Shown here in pieces: positions 1 through 7,909 of a stretch of DNA of 64,000 nt. The stretch is from an uncultured Alphaproteobacteria bacterium (GTDB taxonomy: Bacteria; Pseudomonadota; Alphaproteobacteria; RF32; CAG-239). Under the pieces are notes generated by a model. The model saw only the letters and a list, made by a program, of their open reading frames with translations. It made no database searches and was not told the origin of the DNA. How positions within the stretch are numbered: the stretch's first letter is position 1; every line of letters starts with the position of its first letter. The position numbers were made by a program, and so were the translations under genes. The stretch spans positions 2,179 to 66,178 of the forward strand of contig CALXYB010000003.1 of the NCBI GenBank assembly GCA_944392835.1, read 5' to 3'.

Positions 1-2
1 TG

Positions 3-695
3 GCAAGGTCTGTTTTAGTATTGGCAACTTCGGATGAAAGTCCCTTAATGCGCCGTCAGGCTGCCTATGTGGCAATGGCTGTTTCGGAATATTTCCGTGA
101 TTTGAACAAAGATGTCTTGTGCATGATGGATTCCATCACCCGTTTTGCTATGGCGCAAAGGGAGATTTCTTTAAGCGTTGGCGAACCTCCGGCATCTAAA
201 GGTTATACCCCGAGTGTCTTTGCCGAGCTTCCGCGCCTTTTGGAAAGAGCCGGACCGGGAGCGGGGATAGGTTCTATCACGGGGTTGTTCACGGTTTTGG
301 TGGACGGTGATGACCATAACGAACCCGTGGCAGATGCCGTGCGTTCAATTCTGGACGGACATATTGTTCTGGACAGAGCCATTGCCGAGCGCAATCGTTA
401 TCCGGCCATAAATATCTTACGTTCGGTTTCCCGTACAATGCCCGATTGCAACACGGATGAAGAAAACGAGATAGTCAATAAAGCCCGCCGTTATATTGCC
501 GCTTATGAAGATATGGCAGAGCTGATTCGTTTGGGCGCATATAAAAAAGGTTCAAACAAAGAGGTAGATGAAGCAATTTTCTATTATCCGAAGATTGAAG
601 ACTTTTTGGCGCAAAAGAAAAATGAAAAAGTAACCTTGGCGGAAGGTTATGCGGAGTTGAAGGAAATTCTGGATACGCCTTATAAGGCATCATAG
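3..695 (+). CDS. fliI: Flagellum-specific T3SS ATPase FliI, C-terminal part (5' end outside window)
   Basis: The ORF runs in from the window edge. It carries F1/T3SS-ATPase C-terminal motifs (SEYFRD..., [65 protein letters not shown]). A FliJ-like gene follows. Confidence 0.9.
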   Translation, partial: ARSVLVLATSDESPLMRRQAAYVAMAVSEYFRDLNKDVLCMMDSITRFAMAQREISLSVGEPPASKGYTPSVFAELPRLLERAGPGAGIGSITGLFTVLVDGDDHNEPVADAVRSILDGHIVLDRAIAERNRYPAINILRSVSRTMPDCNTDEENEIVNKARRYIAAYEDMAELIRLGAYKKGSNKEVDEAIFYYPKIEDFLAQKKNEKVTLAEGYAELKEILDTPYKAS

Positions 696-706
696 AGGCG
701 GTTTAG

Positions 707-1126
707 ATGAAAACATCACTACAAACTCTGCAGAGAATCCAAAAATTTAATATTGACGAACAGCGAAAAATTTTGGTTGAGCTACGAACCAAAGAAGAAG
801 AATTACAAAATAATCTCAATAGGTTAAACGCCGAATATGAACGAGAACTTGAATTTGCCACCCAAAATCCGGGCGTTGGAGATTTCGGGGCTTATACGCA
901 GAGATATTTGCAATATCGCGAGGCTTTTGAGGCGCAGTTGGCAGCACTTCGTGCAGAGATAGAAAAGGTGAGGGACAAGATGTCCGATATGTTCAAAGAG
1001 CAAAAGACTTATGAGATTGTGGATACTAATCGCCAAAAACGCAGAGAAAAAGAAGAATCCGCCAAAGACCAAAAGACACTTGATGAAATCGGCACCAATG
1101 CCTATATAAAAAGAAGAAAACACTAA
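707..1126 (+). CDS. fliJ: Flagellar export protein FliJ-like (coiled coil)
   Basis: 139-aa charged coiled-coil protein 12 nt downstream of fliI, the usual fliJ position and size. No strong motif supports the call. Confidence 0.55.
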   Translation: MKTSLQTLQRIQKFNIDEQRKILVELRTKEEELQNNLNRLNAEYERELEFATQNPGVGDFGAYTQRYLQYREAFEAQLAALRAEIEKVRDKMSDMFKEQKTYEIVDTNRQKRREKEESAKDQKTLDEIGTNAYIKRRKH

Positions 1127-1150
1127 AACACAACAACAAGGAGAACTTAT

Positions 1151-1720
1151 ATGTTTGATTTACCGCCTTTGCCTTACCCGATGGATGCACTTGCGCCCTA
1201 TATTTCGGAACAAACCATGGAGTTTCACTATGGTAAACACCATAAGGCTTATGTAGACAACTTAAATAAGCTGATTAAAGACACTGAATTTGAACAAATG
1301 TCTTTGGAAGATATTGTTAAAAATACGGCAGAGCGCAAAGATTTAGGCGGAATTTTCAACAATGCCGCACAAGCATGGAATCATGCCTTTTTCTGGAAAT
1401 CAATGAAACCTAATGGTGGCGGCGAGCCAAGCGGAGAGCTGAAGAAGAAAATTGAGCGTGATTTTGGCTCTTATGATAATTTTAAGGCAGAGTTCAAAAC
1501 CGCGGCCACCACACAGTTTGGCTCAGGCTGGGCATGGTTGGTTGAAAAAGACGGCAAATTAAGCATAATGAAAACATCAAATGCCGATACACCGATTGCT
1601 CACGGCTATAAACCGATTATTACCGTGGATGTATGGGAACACGCTTATTATCTGGACTACCAAAACCGTAGACCCGATTTCGTGGAAGCTTATTTAGCAC
1701 ATCTGGTAAATTGGAACTAA
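1151..1720 (+). CDS. sodB: Iron superoxide dismutase
   Basis: Typical Fe/Mn-SOD sequence ([51 protein letters not shown]). An RBS (aaggag) lies upstream. Confidence 0.93.
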   Translation: MFDLPPLPYPMDALAPYISEQTMEFHYGKHHKAYVDNLNKLIKDTEFEQMSLEDIVKNTAERKDLGGIFNNAAQAWNHAFFWKSMKPNGGGEPSGELKKKIERDFGSYDNFKAEFKTAATTQFGSGWAWLVEKDGKLSIMKTSNADTPIAHGYKPIITVDVWEHAYYLDYQNRRPDFVEAYLAHLVNWN

Positions 1721-1732
1721 GATAGAAATATT

Positions 1733-1765
1733 TAACCCCTTAAGAGTTTTCTTAAGGGGTTTTTA
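1733..1765 (+). terminator. Intrinsic terminator after sodB
   Basis: Hairpin aaccccttaag / cttaaggggtt followed by a T-run. Confidence 0.7.
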
Positions 1766-1820
1766 ATGTTTGGAACTTATATATATTGTGCATAAATAAA
1801 TATCCTTTATTGACTTTTGA

Positions 1821-1849
1821 TTGACAAATTTTGTCTAAAATTGTACAAT
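1821..1849 (+). promoter_or_regulatory. Sigma70-like promoter for the 1881-2734 two-gene operon
   Basis: TTGACA, a 17-nt spacer, then TACAAT, about 30 nt upstream of RBS acggagg and the ATG at 1881. Confidence 0.5.
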
Positions 1850-1880
1850 AAAGTTAATAAAGATAAAAACGGAGGCCAAA

Positions 1881-2363
1881 ATGAGTAAGGGTTATGTAAG
1901 TGGCGAAAAGCAAAACAGCGAAACAGCCAAAAAGCAAATAGCTAATTTTGCAGAAGCAGCCAAAGGAATGGGTTTTGCTTTAGGTGTTATTGCTACCGGA
2001 GAGAAAGCTGTAAATTTAGGTAAAAATGCAATTGAAAATGCAACCGTAACAACAATAACAGCCGATGATGCATGGGGCGCACGCGAGGGAGATCAAGTAG
2101 TGAAAATTGATGGGGCATCCGTCTCAGGAGGCATGGCTTTTGGAGCATCTGCTGTCATCTTGGCTTATACTGGTCGCCGCGAGATGAAAAAAGCTTTCGT
2201 TTATGGTGTTAAGGGATTGTATAAAGCTTCTAAGACCACGTTGAGTTTTGCCAAAAAGGCAGTTGATGAGTTGCAGCACTTAACGCAAGAATATGTAGCG
2301 GAAGACAAAGCTCATCCCAATAAGCCGACTAGAGTTAACGCATTTTTCGGAAAGTCAAGATAG
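1881..2363 (+). CDS. Hypothetical protein with two Gly/Ala-rich hydrophobic segments
   Basis: 160-aa ORF with a good RBS. It contains the segments GMGFALGVIATG and GGMAFGASAVILAYTG. I do not recognise a family. Confidence 0.6.
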   Translation: MSKGYVSGEKQNSETAKKQIANFAEAAKGMGFALGVIATGEKAVNLGKNAIENATVTTITADDAWGAREGDQVVKIDGASVSGGMAFGASAVILAYTGRREMKKAFVYGVKGLYKASKTTLSFAKKAVDELQHLTQEYVAEDKAHPNKPTRVNAFFGKSR

Positions 2364-2365
2364 CG

Positions 2366-2734
2366 ATGGCAAATTATACAAAAGAAGGATGTTTTTTAAT
2401 TGCTGAAGGCGGTCAGAGTGGTGATGAGCTGTATATCTTTATGCAGGCCAAAAAGAAGCACCCCGAGCTTCCGCGTATTATCTATGATGGACGCGACCAT
2501 GCGATTTTTCTGCGCAACTCCGAACAAAAAATCATTTTGGACTACATACATCCCGAGATTCGAGACAAATTGCGCAAAGCTTTTCAGGTTATGGTTGTTG
2601 AGACGATTCTGGATAATATAAAAGAAACTTATCCGGTAGAAATAGAGATTGTGGACAACATTCCGTTAGACTGGAACAAGGCTGGATTAGGTGCTTGGGA
2701 AGAAGTTTTTTTATCAGAAAACAAACCTGCATAA
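2366..2734 (+). CDS. Hypothetical protein
   Basis: 122-aa ORF starting 2 nt after the previous stop, so translationally coupled. I do not recognise a family. Confidence 0.6.
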   Translation: MANYTKEGCFLIAEGGQSGDELYIFMQAKKKHPELPRIIYDGRDHAIFLRNSEQKIILDYIHPEIRDKLRKAFQVMVVETILDNIKETYPVEIEIVDNIPLDWNKAGLGAWEEVFLSENKPA

Positions 2735-2790
2735 AAAAACACTTGCAATTTTAATTGTTTTAGATTATGTAAAAGAAGAATTTTGCATAA

Positions 2791-2815
2791 GGTCCCATCG
2801 TCTAGTGGCCTAGGA
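2791..2815 (+). pseudogene. Orphan copy of the first ~25 nt of tRNA-Glu (acceptor 5' strand plus D-arm)
   Basis: ggtcccatcgtctagtggcctagga is identical to 2950-2974 of the intact tRNA. The similarity ends after that. Confidence 0.7.
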
Positions 2816-2824
2816 ACGCTAAGT

Positions 2825-2850
2825 AAAAATAACAAAGATTTGTTATTTTT
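2825..2850. other. Perfect AT-rich 12-bp hairpin directly after the tRNA fragment
   Basis: aaaaataacaaa ga tttgttattttt. Confidence 0.4.
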
Positions 2851-2949
2851 GTCTGCAAGTTCTTCGGAATATCTTATTGAGCGAGGGAACTGAAAGGACT
2901 GAAGCGAAATTAGATACCGAAGAGGTGTCCTTATTATTTTAACACATAC

Positions 2950-3025
2950 GGTCCCATCGTCTAGTGGCCTAGGACACGGCCCTCTCAAGGCTGTAACACG
3001 AGTTCGACTCTCGTTGGGATCACCA
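2950..3025 (+). tRNA. tRNA-Glu, anticodon CUC
   Basis: 76 nt folded by hand. Acceptor GGTCCCA/TGGGATC, D-arm GTCT..GGAC, anticodon stem CGGCC/GGCTG with loop CTCTCAA, T-arm ACGAG TTCGACT CTCGT, and an encoded CCA. It aligns with the E. coli tRNA-Glu layout. Confidence 0.9.
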
Positions 3026-3065
3026 ATACAAAAACACCCTCCCTTGCGGAGGGTGTTTTTGTATT
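3025..3065. terminator. Bidirectional terminator: 18-bp perfect palindrome after tRNA-Glu
   Basis: aatacaaaaacaccctcc cttgc ggagggtgtttttgtatt. The GC core is flanked by A- and T-runs. Confidence 0.75.
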
Positions 3066-3345
3066 GTGTTCATCCCCGAGAGGCGAACGAGTAGAGTTCG
3101 GGCTGGAGCGAAGCGGAAGCAGGCGTATGTGAGGAGCGAAGCGAGGAACTAGCCACTCTCGTTGTCGTAACTTCGTTACGAAGTGAAACAGGTACTATAC
3201 ACCCTCCCTTGCGGAGGGTGTTTTTGTATTGTGTTCATCCCCGAGAGGCGAACGAGCAGAGTTCGGGCTGGAGCGAAGCGGAAGCAGGCGTATGTGAGGA
3301 GCAAAGCGAGGAACTAGCTAATCTCGTCGTTGAGAAGTGAAACAG
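3034..3345 (+). repeat. Tandem direct repeat, about 165-bp unit, about 1.9 copies
   Basis: Units start at 3034 and 3199 (acaccctcccttgcggagggtgtttttgtattgtgttcatccccgagaggcgaacgag...). They are nearly identical apart from a few substitutions and an indel near the unit end. Each unit begins with the terminator hairpin. Confidence 0.85.
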
Positions 3346-3459
3346 AGCCTATTATAGAGACTTACAAAATAACATCTTGATTTTAAGTCAAAATAGGTAT
3401 AAACCAGTCTCAACTTTTGAGATTATTATCCTTATTACTAACGCTTAAATCTTATAACA

Positions 3460-3957
3460 ATGGATATTTATGGTTTTATTTTATTATTTATACTTTGGAT
3501 ATCCCCTTATTGGTGGGTTAGAAAGTTAAGAAAAGAAATCAATGATAAAATATTGATTTTGGGAATAATATTAACAATTCTTTCCTTCCTTTTTATGTCA
3601 TGGATATTTAGTCTAATAATCTTGTTTGGCGGTATGCATTTCTTAATAGCTTATTTGGGCAAATTTGGTTTTCGGGGATGCTATAATGCAATAAACTCTA
3701 AACGAGCTCATATATCTTCTGGCTCACACCGAAAAACAGAGAATTCATGGTCGCATACAGATGAATACTATGTCGGAAGTATGACAACTTATGAACAGGA
3801 TGAGGCTATGCAAAAGTTTAGTGATTATGTTGAAAGTACACAATCATGGAACAGATGGGATGACGTTAGAGACCAATACGGAAACATTGATTACAATGCA
3901 GTTGAAAAAGCAAATGAAGAAATGGAAGCAGAATTACCGTATGGACAAAATGATTAA
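3460..3957 (+). CDS. Hypothetical membrane protein (2-3 N-terminal TM segments, acidic C-terminus)
   Basis: 165-aa ORF followed by a terminator. I do not recognise a family. Confidence 0.55.
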   Translation: MDIYGFILLFILWISPYWWVRKLRKEINDKILILGIILTILSFLFMSWIFSLIILFGGMHFLIAYLGKFGFRGCYNAINSKRAHISSGSHRKTENSWSHTDEYYVGSMTTYEQDEAMQKFSDYVESTQSWNRWDDVRDQYGNIDYNAVEKANEEMEAELPYGQND

Positions 3958-3961
3958 ATTA

Positions 3962-4004
3962 AAACGCCGAGGATTTTTATAATCCCTCGGCGTTTGTCGT
4001 TTTG
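3962..4004 (+). terminator. Intrinsic terminator
   Basis: aaacgccgagg ... cctcggcgttt, followed by gtcgttttg. Confidence 0.6.
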
Positions 4005-4126
4005 TTCGCATAAATAACCGAATTTTCTTGCCTTAAAATCCAAAAAGCAGATAATTATTACCTAAATCTTTATTATAATATTTTTGCCATTATATAAATG
4101 GAGCTGTAAGAAAAGGAGATAAAGGC

Positions 4127-5740
4127 GTGATAAAAAGATTTAAAATATCCTCAACCAAGCTCATATTGTTTATGGCACTATATTTTGGTTTGGTGCTCAA
4201 CTTTGGTTTTTGGCAGTTTATTGCCGCGCATTTTGAAATAAGCAGCTGGGCAGGGTATGCTTTTTTGCTGTCTTTGCCGTTCTTTCTGGTCATCCCTTTA
4301 TATATCTTTTTCAGTCTGATAACATTACCCTATGTAGCTAAGCCTTTATTGATGATTTTGGTGGCATTATCTTCCATAACCAACTACGCAATGTTTGAGT
4401 TAGGGATTTTTATTGATGCCGAGATGTTCCGCAACATTGTGGAGACTAACACGCGCGAGGCCTTGGATTTAGTAAATTTGACATCAATTTTATGGTTTGT
4501 TATTACGGGGTTGTTTCCGATTATCTTATTGTTAGATATGAAGATAATTTATAGTCCGTTCAAGACGGAGTTACTCAAGCGTTTGAAATATATTTTCTTG
4601 GCTTTGCTGATGTTTTTATGTTTTGTGCCCGTATCATACAAAGAATATGTTTCTTTTGGGCGGAACAATCGCGAAGTCAGAAAACTCGTTAATACCTTTA
4701 ATTATATTTATGCGGTAAGCAAACACTACAAGCGTCAGGCTGAAGCATCAAGGCATTTCATCATCTTGGATGATAAGCCGACAATTTCTCAAGATGCAAA
4801 AGCTGAACCTAAAAAACTTCTGATTTTGGTTGTTGGTGAAACCGCGCGAGCTAAAAACTTTTCGCTTTATGGTTATGATAGAGAGACCAATCCTCTGTTA
4901 AGCAAACAAGATATCATTACCTTTGCCGAAACCTCATCTTGCGGTACGGCAACAGCCGTTTCTCTGCCATGTATGTTTTCACTGCTGGATAGAAAAAACT
5001 TTGATGTTGATGATGCCAAATATATGCAAAACCTGATGGATTTGGTAAAGCTTTCCGGCTACAATGCTGTATGGCTTGAAAATGATGATGGCTGCAAGAA
5101 TGTCTGTCATCGTGTAACTTTGGAGGATATGGTTGCTACCAAAAATCCCAAGCATTGTGAAAAAGATTTTTGCCGAGACGAGGTATTGTTGGAGGGGCTG
5201 GAAGAAAGAATATCAAAACTTAACGGCAATACGGTTATAGTATTGCATACAATGGGCAGCCACGGCCCGACTTATTATAAACGTTATACGGATGATTTTA
5301 AGAAGTTTCAGCCGACTTGCGATGGCTCAGACTTGCAAAAATGCAGTCGCGAAGAGATTATTAATACCTATGACAATACCATTTTATATACGGATTTTAT
5401 TTTGTCTTCAGTAATAGATATTTTGAAAAAATTTCCCCAATATGAAACCGGACTGATTTATATGTCTGACCACGGAGAATCCTTAGGCGAGAATAATCTT
5501 TACCTACATGGCTTGCCTTATGCCATAGCCCCTGATGAGCAAACCAAAGTTCCGTTTTTGGTATGGCTTTCGCCACAATTAAAACAAGCGGCAAACATTG
5601 ATGAAGTTTGTTTGAAAAATAAAGCGGAGCAAGGCACTTATTCGCATGACAATCTGTTCCATTCAGTGCTGGGCTTGTTAGATATTCAAACAAAAGTTTA
5701 TAATCAAAAACAGGATGTCTTTCAAAATTGCCGTAAGTAA
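4127..5740 (+). CDS. eptA: Phosphoethanolamine transferase (EptA/MCR family, lipid A or core modifying)
   Basis: Five N-terminal TM helices plus a sulfatase-like domain with family motifs (VVGETARAKNFSLYGY, HTMGSHGPTYYKRY, YMSDHGESLGE). GTG start after aaaggaga. Confidence 0.85.
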   Translation: MIKRFKISSTKLILFMALYFGLVLNFGFWQFIAAHFEISSWAGYAFLLSLPFFLVIPLYIFFSLITLPYVAKPLLMILVALSSITNYAMFELGIFIDAEMFRNIVETNTREALDLVNLTSILWFVITGLFPIILLLDMKIIYSPFKTELLKRLKYIFLALLMFLCFVPVSYKEYVSFGRNNREVRKLVNTFNYIYAVSKHYKRQAEASRHFIILDDKPTISQDAKAEPKKLLILVVGETARAKNFSLYGYDRETNPLLSKQDIITFAETSSCGTATAVSLPCMFSLLDRKNFDVDDAKYMQNLMDLVKLSGYNAVWLENDDGCKNVCHRVTLEDMVATKNPKHCEKDFCRDEVLLEGLEERISKLNGNTVIVLHTMGSHGPTYYKRYTDDFKKFQPTCDGSDLQKCSREEIINTYDNTILYTDFILSSVIDILKKFPQYETGLIYMSDHGESLGENNLYLHGLPYAIAPDEQTKVPFLVWLSPQLKQAANIDEVCLKNKAEQGTYSHDNLFHSVLGLLDIQTKVYNQKQDVFQNCRK

Positions 5741-5808
5741 TTTTAATGACAATTTAATATATTTGATTAATAATATAAAAATAATATAACCACATAAGGG
5801 GATGAAAG

Positions 5809-6357
5809 ATGTTGATGAACAAAGACAATTCTATGCTTCTGGTTATTGATGTTCAGGAAGGCCTAACGCCGGTGCAGGAAAGCCCGCGAGAGGTCATCAA
5901 CGGCTGTATGACACTTTTGGAAGTCGCCGGAGAACTCAATATTCCGTGTATTGTTGCGGAACAAGACCATAAAGTTTTTGGTCCGACAATGATAGACTTG
6001 CGCAATGTCATCAAAAACGATACGGTTTATTATGAGAAAGATACTTTTTCTTGTTATAAGAATGAGAAAATTCGTAAGGCCGTAGAGAAGAGCGGCAAGA
6101 AGCAATTGATTATTGCCGGTCTTGAAATGCACTTGTGTGTTCTGCAAACGGCCATAGATTTTCATGAAGCCGGTTATGAAGTTTTCGTTGTTGTTGATGC
6201 CAGCTCCTCACGCAGCAATTTCCAAAACACACTAGGTGTTCAAAGGCTGAACAAAAACGGCATAGATATCGTCTCGCGCGAGATGGTCTTGTTTGAATGG
6301 CTGGATCGTTCCGGCAGCGAATTATTCAATGATTTGTGGGAACGTCGCCTGCGCTAA
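5809..6357 (+). CDS. Isochorismatase-family cysteine hydrolase
   Basis: MLLVIDVQEG near the N-terminus and LIIAGLEMHLCVLQTAIDF containing the catalytic Cys motif. Confidence 0.8.
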   Translation: MLMNKDNSMLLVIDVQEGLTPVQESPREVINGCMTLLEVAGELNIPCIVAEQDHKVFGPTMIDLRNVIKNDTVYYEKDTFSCYKNEKIRKAVEKSGKKQLIIAGLEMHLCVLQTAIDFHEAGYEVFVVVDASSSRSNFQNTLGVQRLNKNGIDIVSREMVLFEWLDRSGSELFNDLWERRLR

Positions 6358-6833
6358 TCAATACGCACATATTGCTCAACAATCTTTTCAATGGCTTCCG
6401 CATCGCGGAAGTCCATTGCGTATAAGGGGATTGAAAAAGCCGAAAATTTTGAATTTTTGATAAGCTTTTGCATAAAGTTCAGCTTGTATTTTGATAAGTT
6501 TTTGACCTCAAATATAATAAGTTCCTTAGGACCCAAAACAGCTTTGCGAGCACGTTTAATGTCTTTCCACTTAAGAGGTGCACAGAAATCTATTTTAATA
6601 GATGAGGAAGAAATAACCGCCAGAGGATGACGAATAATCATCGCAATAACAATCGCCAAAACAGACAGCGCACAAGTCGCAAGCGCAAAGCTGTAAATAA
6701 GCTCATATTGCGGAAAAATAACCCAAGTAAAGAACAACGCCAAAGACAATAAACCGAGGTTAAACAAAAGGTAGAAGACCAGTTTTTTGCGGCTGTAATA
6801 AAAGACATCTGTTTTAACAAGTTTTTTATTCAT
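6354..6833 (-). CDS. Hypothetical membrane protein
   Basis: 159-aa ORF with two TM helices and then a soluble domain. It overlaps the preceding stop by 4 nt (convergent). Confidence 0.5.
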   Translation of the reverse strand: MNKKLVKTDVFYYSRKKLVFYLLFNLGLLSLALFFTWVIFPQYELIYSFALATCALSVLAIVIAMIIRHPLAVISSSSIKIDFCAPLKWKDIKRARKAVLGPKELIIFEVKNLSKYKLNFMQKLIKNSKFSAFSIPLYAMDFRDAEAIEKIVEQYVRID

Positions 6834-6920
6834 GGCACTATCCTCCCTGATGACAATAATTTATTCTAACCCAAAACCCAACATACCGCAACAGCGATAG
6901 CATTACAAATTTATGACAAA

Positions 6921-7457
6921 ATGTTTAGTTTTTATAAACGAATATTTATATATATTATGAATATGAAAAACAGAAAAATACTTAACTTATTGATTATAGC
7001 TGTCTTTTGCGCGGTGGTCATTTGGAAGTTCAATCCGCCGCAAGTATCAGACACGGCATATAGTCAGGAAGAGTTAGATAAGGTTTCATCATTTATTTTG
7101 TACCGCAAACGCTTAACTGAGGCAATGTATGATTATTGTTTGTCCTATAATTACCAATTAGATATTTTTATCCAAAAATTTAATGAACTACATTCGCGCC
7201 AAATAGAAGAAGCTGAAAGTTTTATTGCTAAGTTTCAGCCACAAGAACGCTTAGCTTTTTATAAAGAGATAAACAACGCATTTGCTGAGCAAAAGCCCGA
7301 ATTTTTTGCTCAAATAGAAAAAAATTATGATGAGAATAAACGCCTAATGTCTTTGGTTAATCAATCGCTAACGCGCCAAGACTTTTGCAAATGGATTGAT
7401 GAACATCCGACAGAATTGTTTAAAGGAAAAACAGATAATGAGGTTATGCCGCTTTAA
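6921..7457 (+). CDS. Hypothetical exported or membrane-anchored protein
   Basis: ORF with an N-terminal hydrophobic anchor. The true start may be MNMKNRK near 6957. Confidence 0.5.
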   Translation: MFSFYKRIFIYIMNMKNRKILNLLIIAVFCAVVIWKFNPPQVSDTAYSQEELDKVSSFILYRKRLTEAMYDYCLSYNYQLDIFIQKFNELHSRQIEEAESFIAKFQPQERLAFYKEINNAFAEQKPEFFAQIEKNYDENKRLMSLVNQSLTRQDFCKWIDEHPTELFKGKTDNEVMPL

Positions 7458-7909
7458 GCTTTTTGTTGCCAGCGGCCGTTGCTTTCTTGCTGCCAATAAT
7501 AGATTTCTATGCCGGCAGTTTTAAGAGCTTTCCAAAAAACACGAGCTTCGTTAACAGCGGTTTCGGAGTTTCCGTCAAAGATATTAAAAACGCGCTCAAA
7601 TTGTTGCACATAATCAACTTCTACTTTGGCTCCATCTACCAAAAAAAGCATAGTTGCCTCATTGGGTATATCATCATTAGCAGAAATCCAAATCGGTTGC
7701 ATTTCGGCAAAACCGTCTTTTTTAGAGCCGTGCGGAATAAAAGATTGATCATCAAAGGTCCAAAGAAGCGTGTTGATAAACTCCACACGTTCTTCGTTTC
7801 CGACTTTGATTTTAATTTTTTTACCTGTTTCATAAGCTTTTTCAAGAAGCTTAGGCAAAACATTTTCAAGGGTCTGGTTTTGCAAATGATAAAAATCTAC
7901 GCGGCTCAT
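7454..7909 (-). CDS. holC: DNA polymerase III chi subunit
   Basis: 151 aa. VDFYHL...LPKLLEKA...LLWTFDDQSFIPHG is characteristic of HolC. Confidence 0.75.
   Translation of the reverse strand: MSRVDFYHLQNQTLENVLPKLLEKAYETGKKIKIKVGNEERVEFINTLLWTFDDQSFIPHGSKKDGFAEMQPIWISANDDIPNEATMLFLVDGAKVEVDYVQQFERVFNIFDGNSETAVNEARVFWKALKTAGIEIYYWQQESNGRWQQKA

Noticed and set aside
2629-2988. 119-aa minus-strand ORF spanning the tRNA-Glu fragment and part of the intact tRNA
   Set aside because: It runs through a tRNA gene and a hairpin-rich intergenic region. It contains the duplicated peptide PRPLDDGT only because the tRNA fragment is duplicated.
2791-3025. Idea that the tRNA 5' fragment plus the downstream tRNA form a split or intron-containing tRNA (group I intron)
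   Set aside because: The downstream tRNA is complete and folds on its own. The 134-nt spacer is too short and shows no group I intron core, and the fragment stops in the D-arm rather than the anticodon loop.
3066-3152. 28-codon Arg-rich mini-ORF (GTG FIPERRTSRVRAGAKRKQAYVRSEARN stop) present in both tandem repeat units
   Set aside because: It has no RBS and starts inside the terminator T-run. The only two differences between the copies (one synonymous, one Glu to Lys) are too few to infer selection.
3034-3345. Possible CRISPR array
   Set aside because: There are only two long (~165 bp) contiguous units with no unique spacers between them, and no cas genes are in the window.
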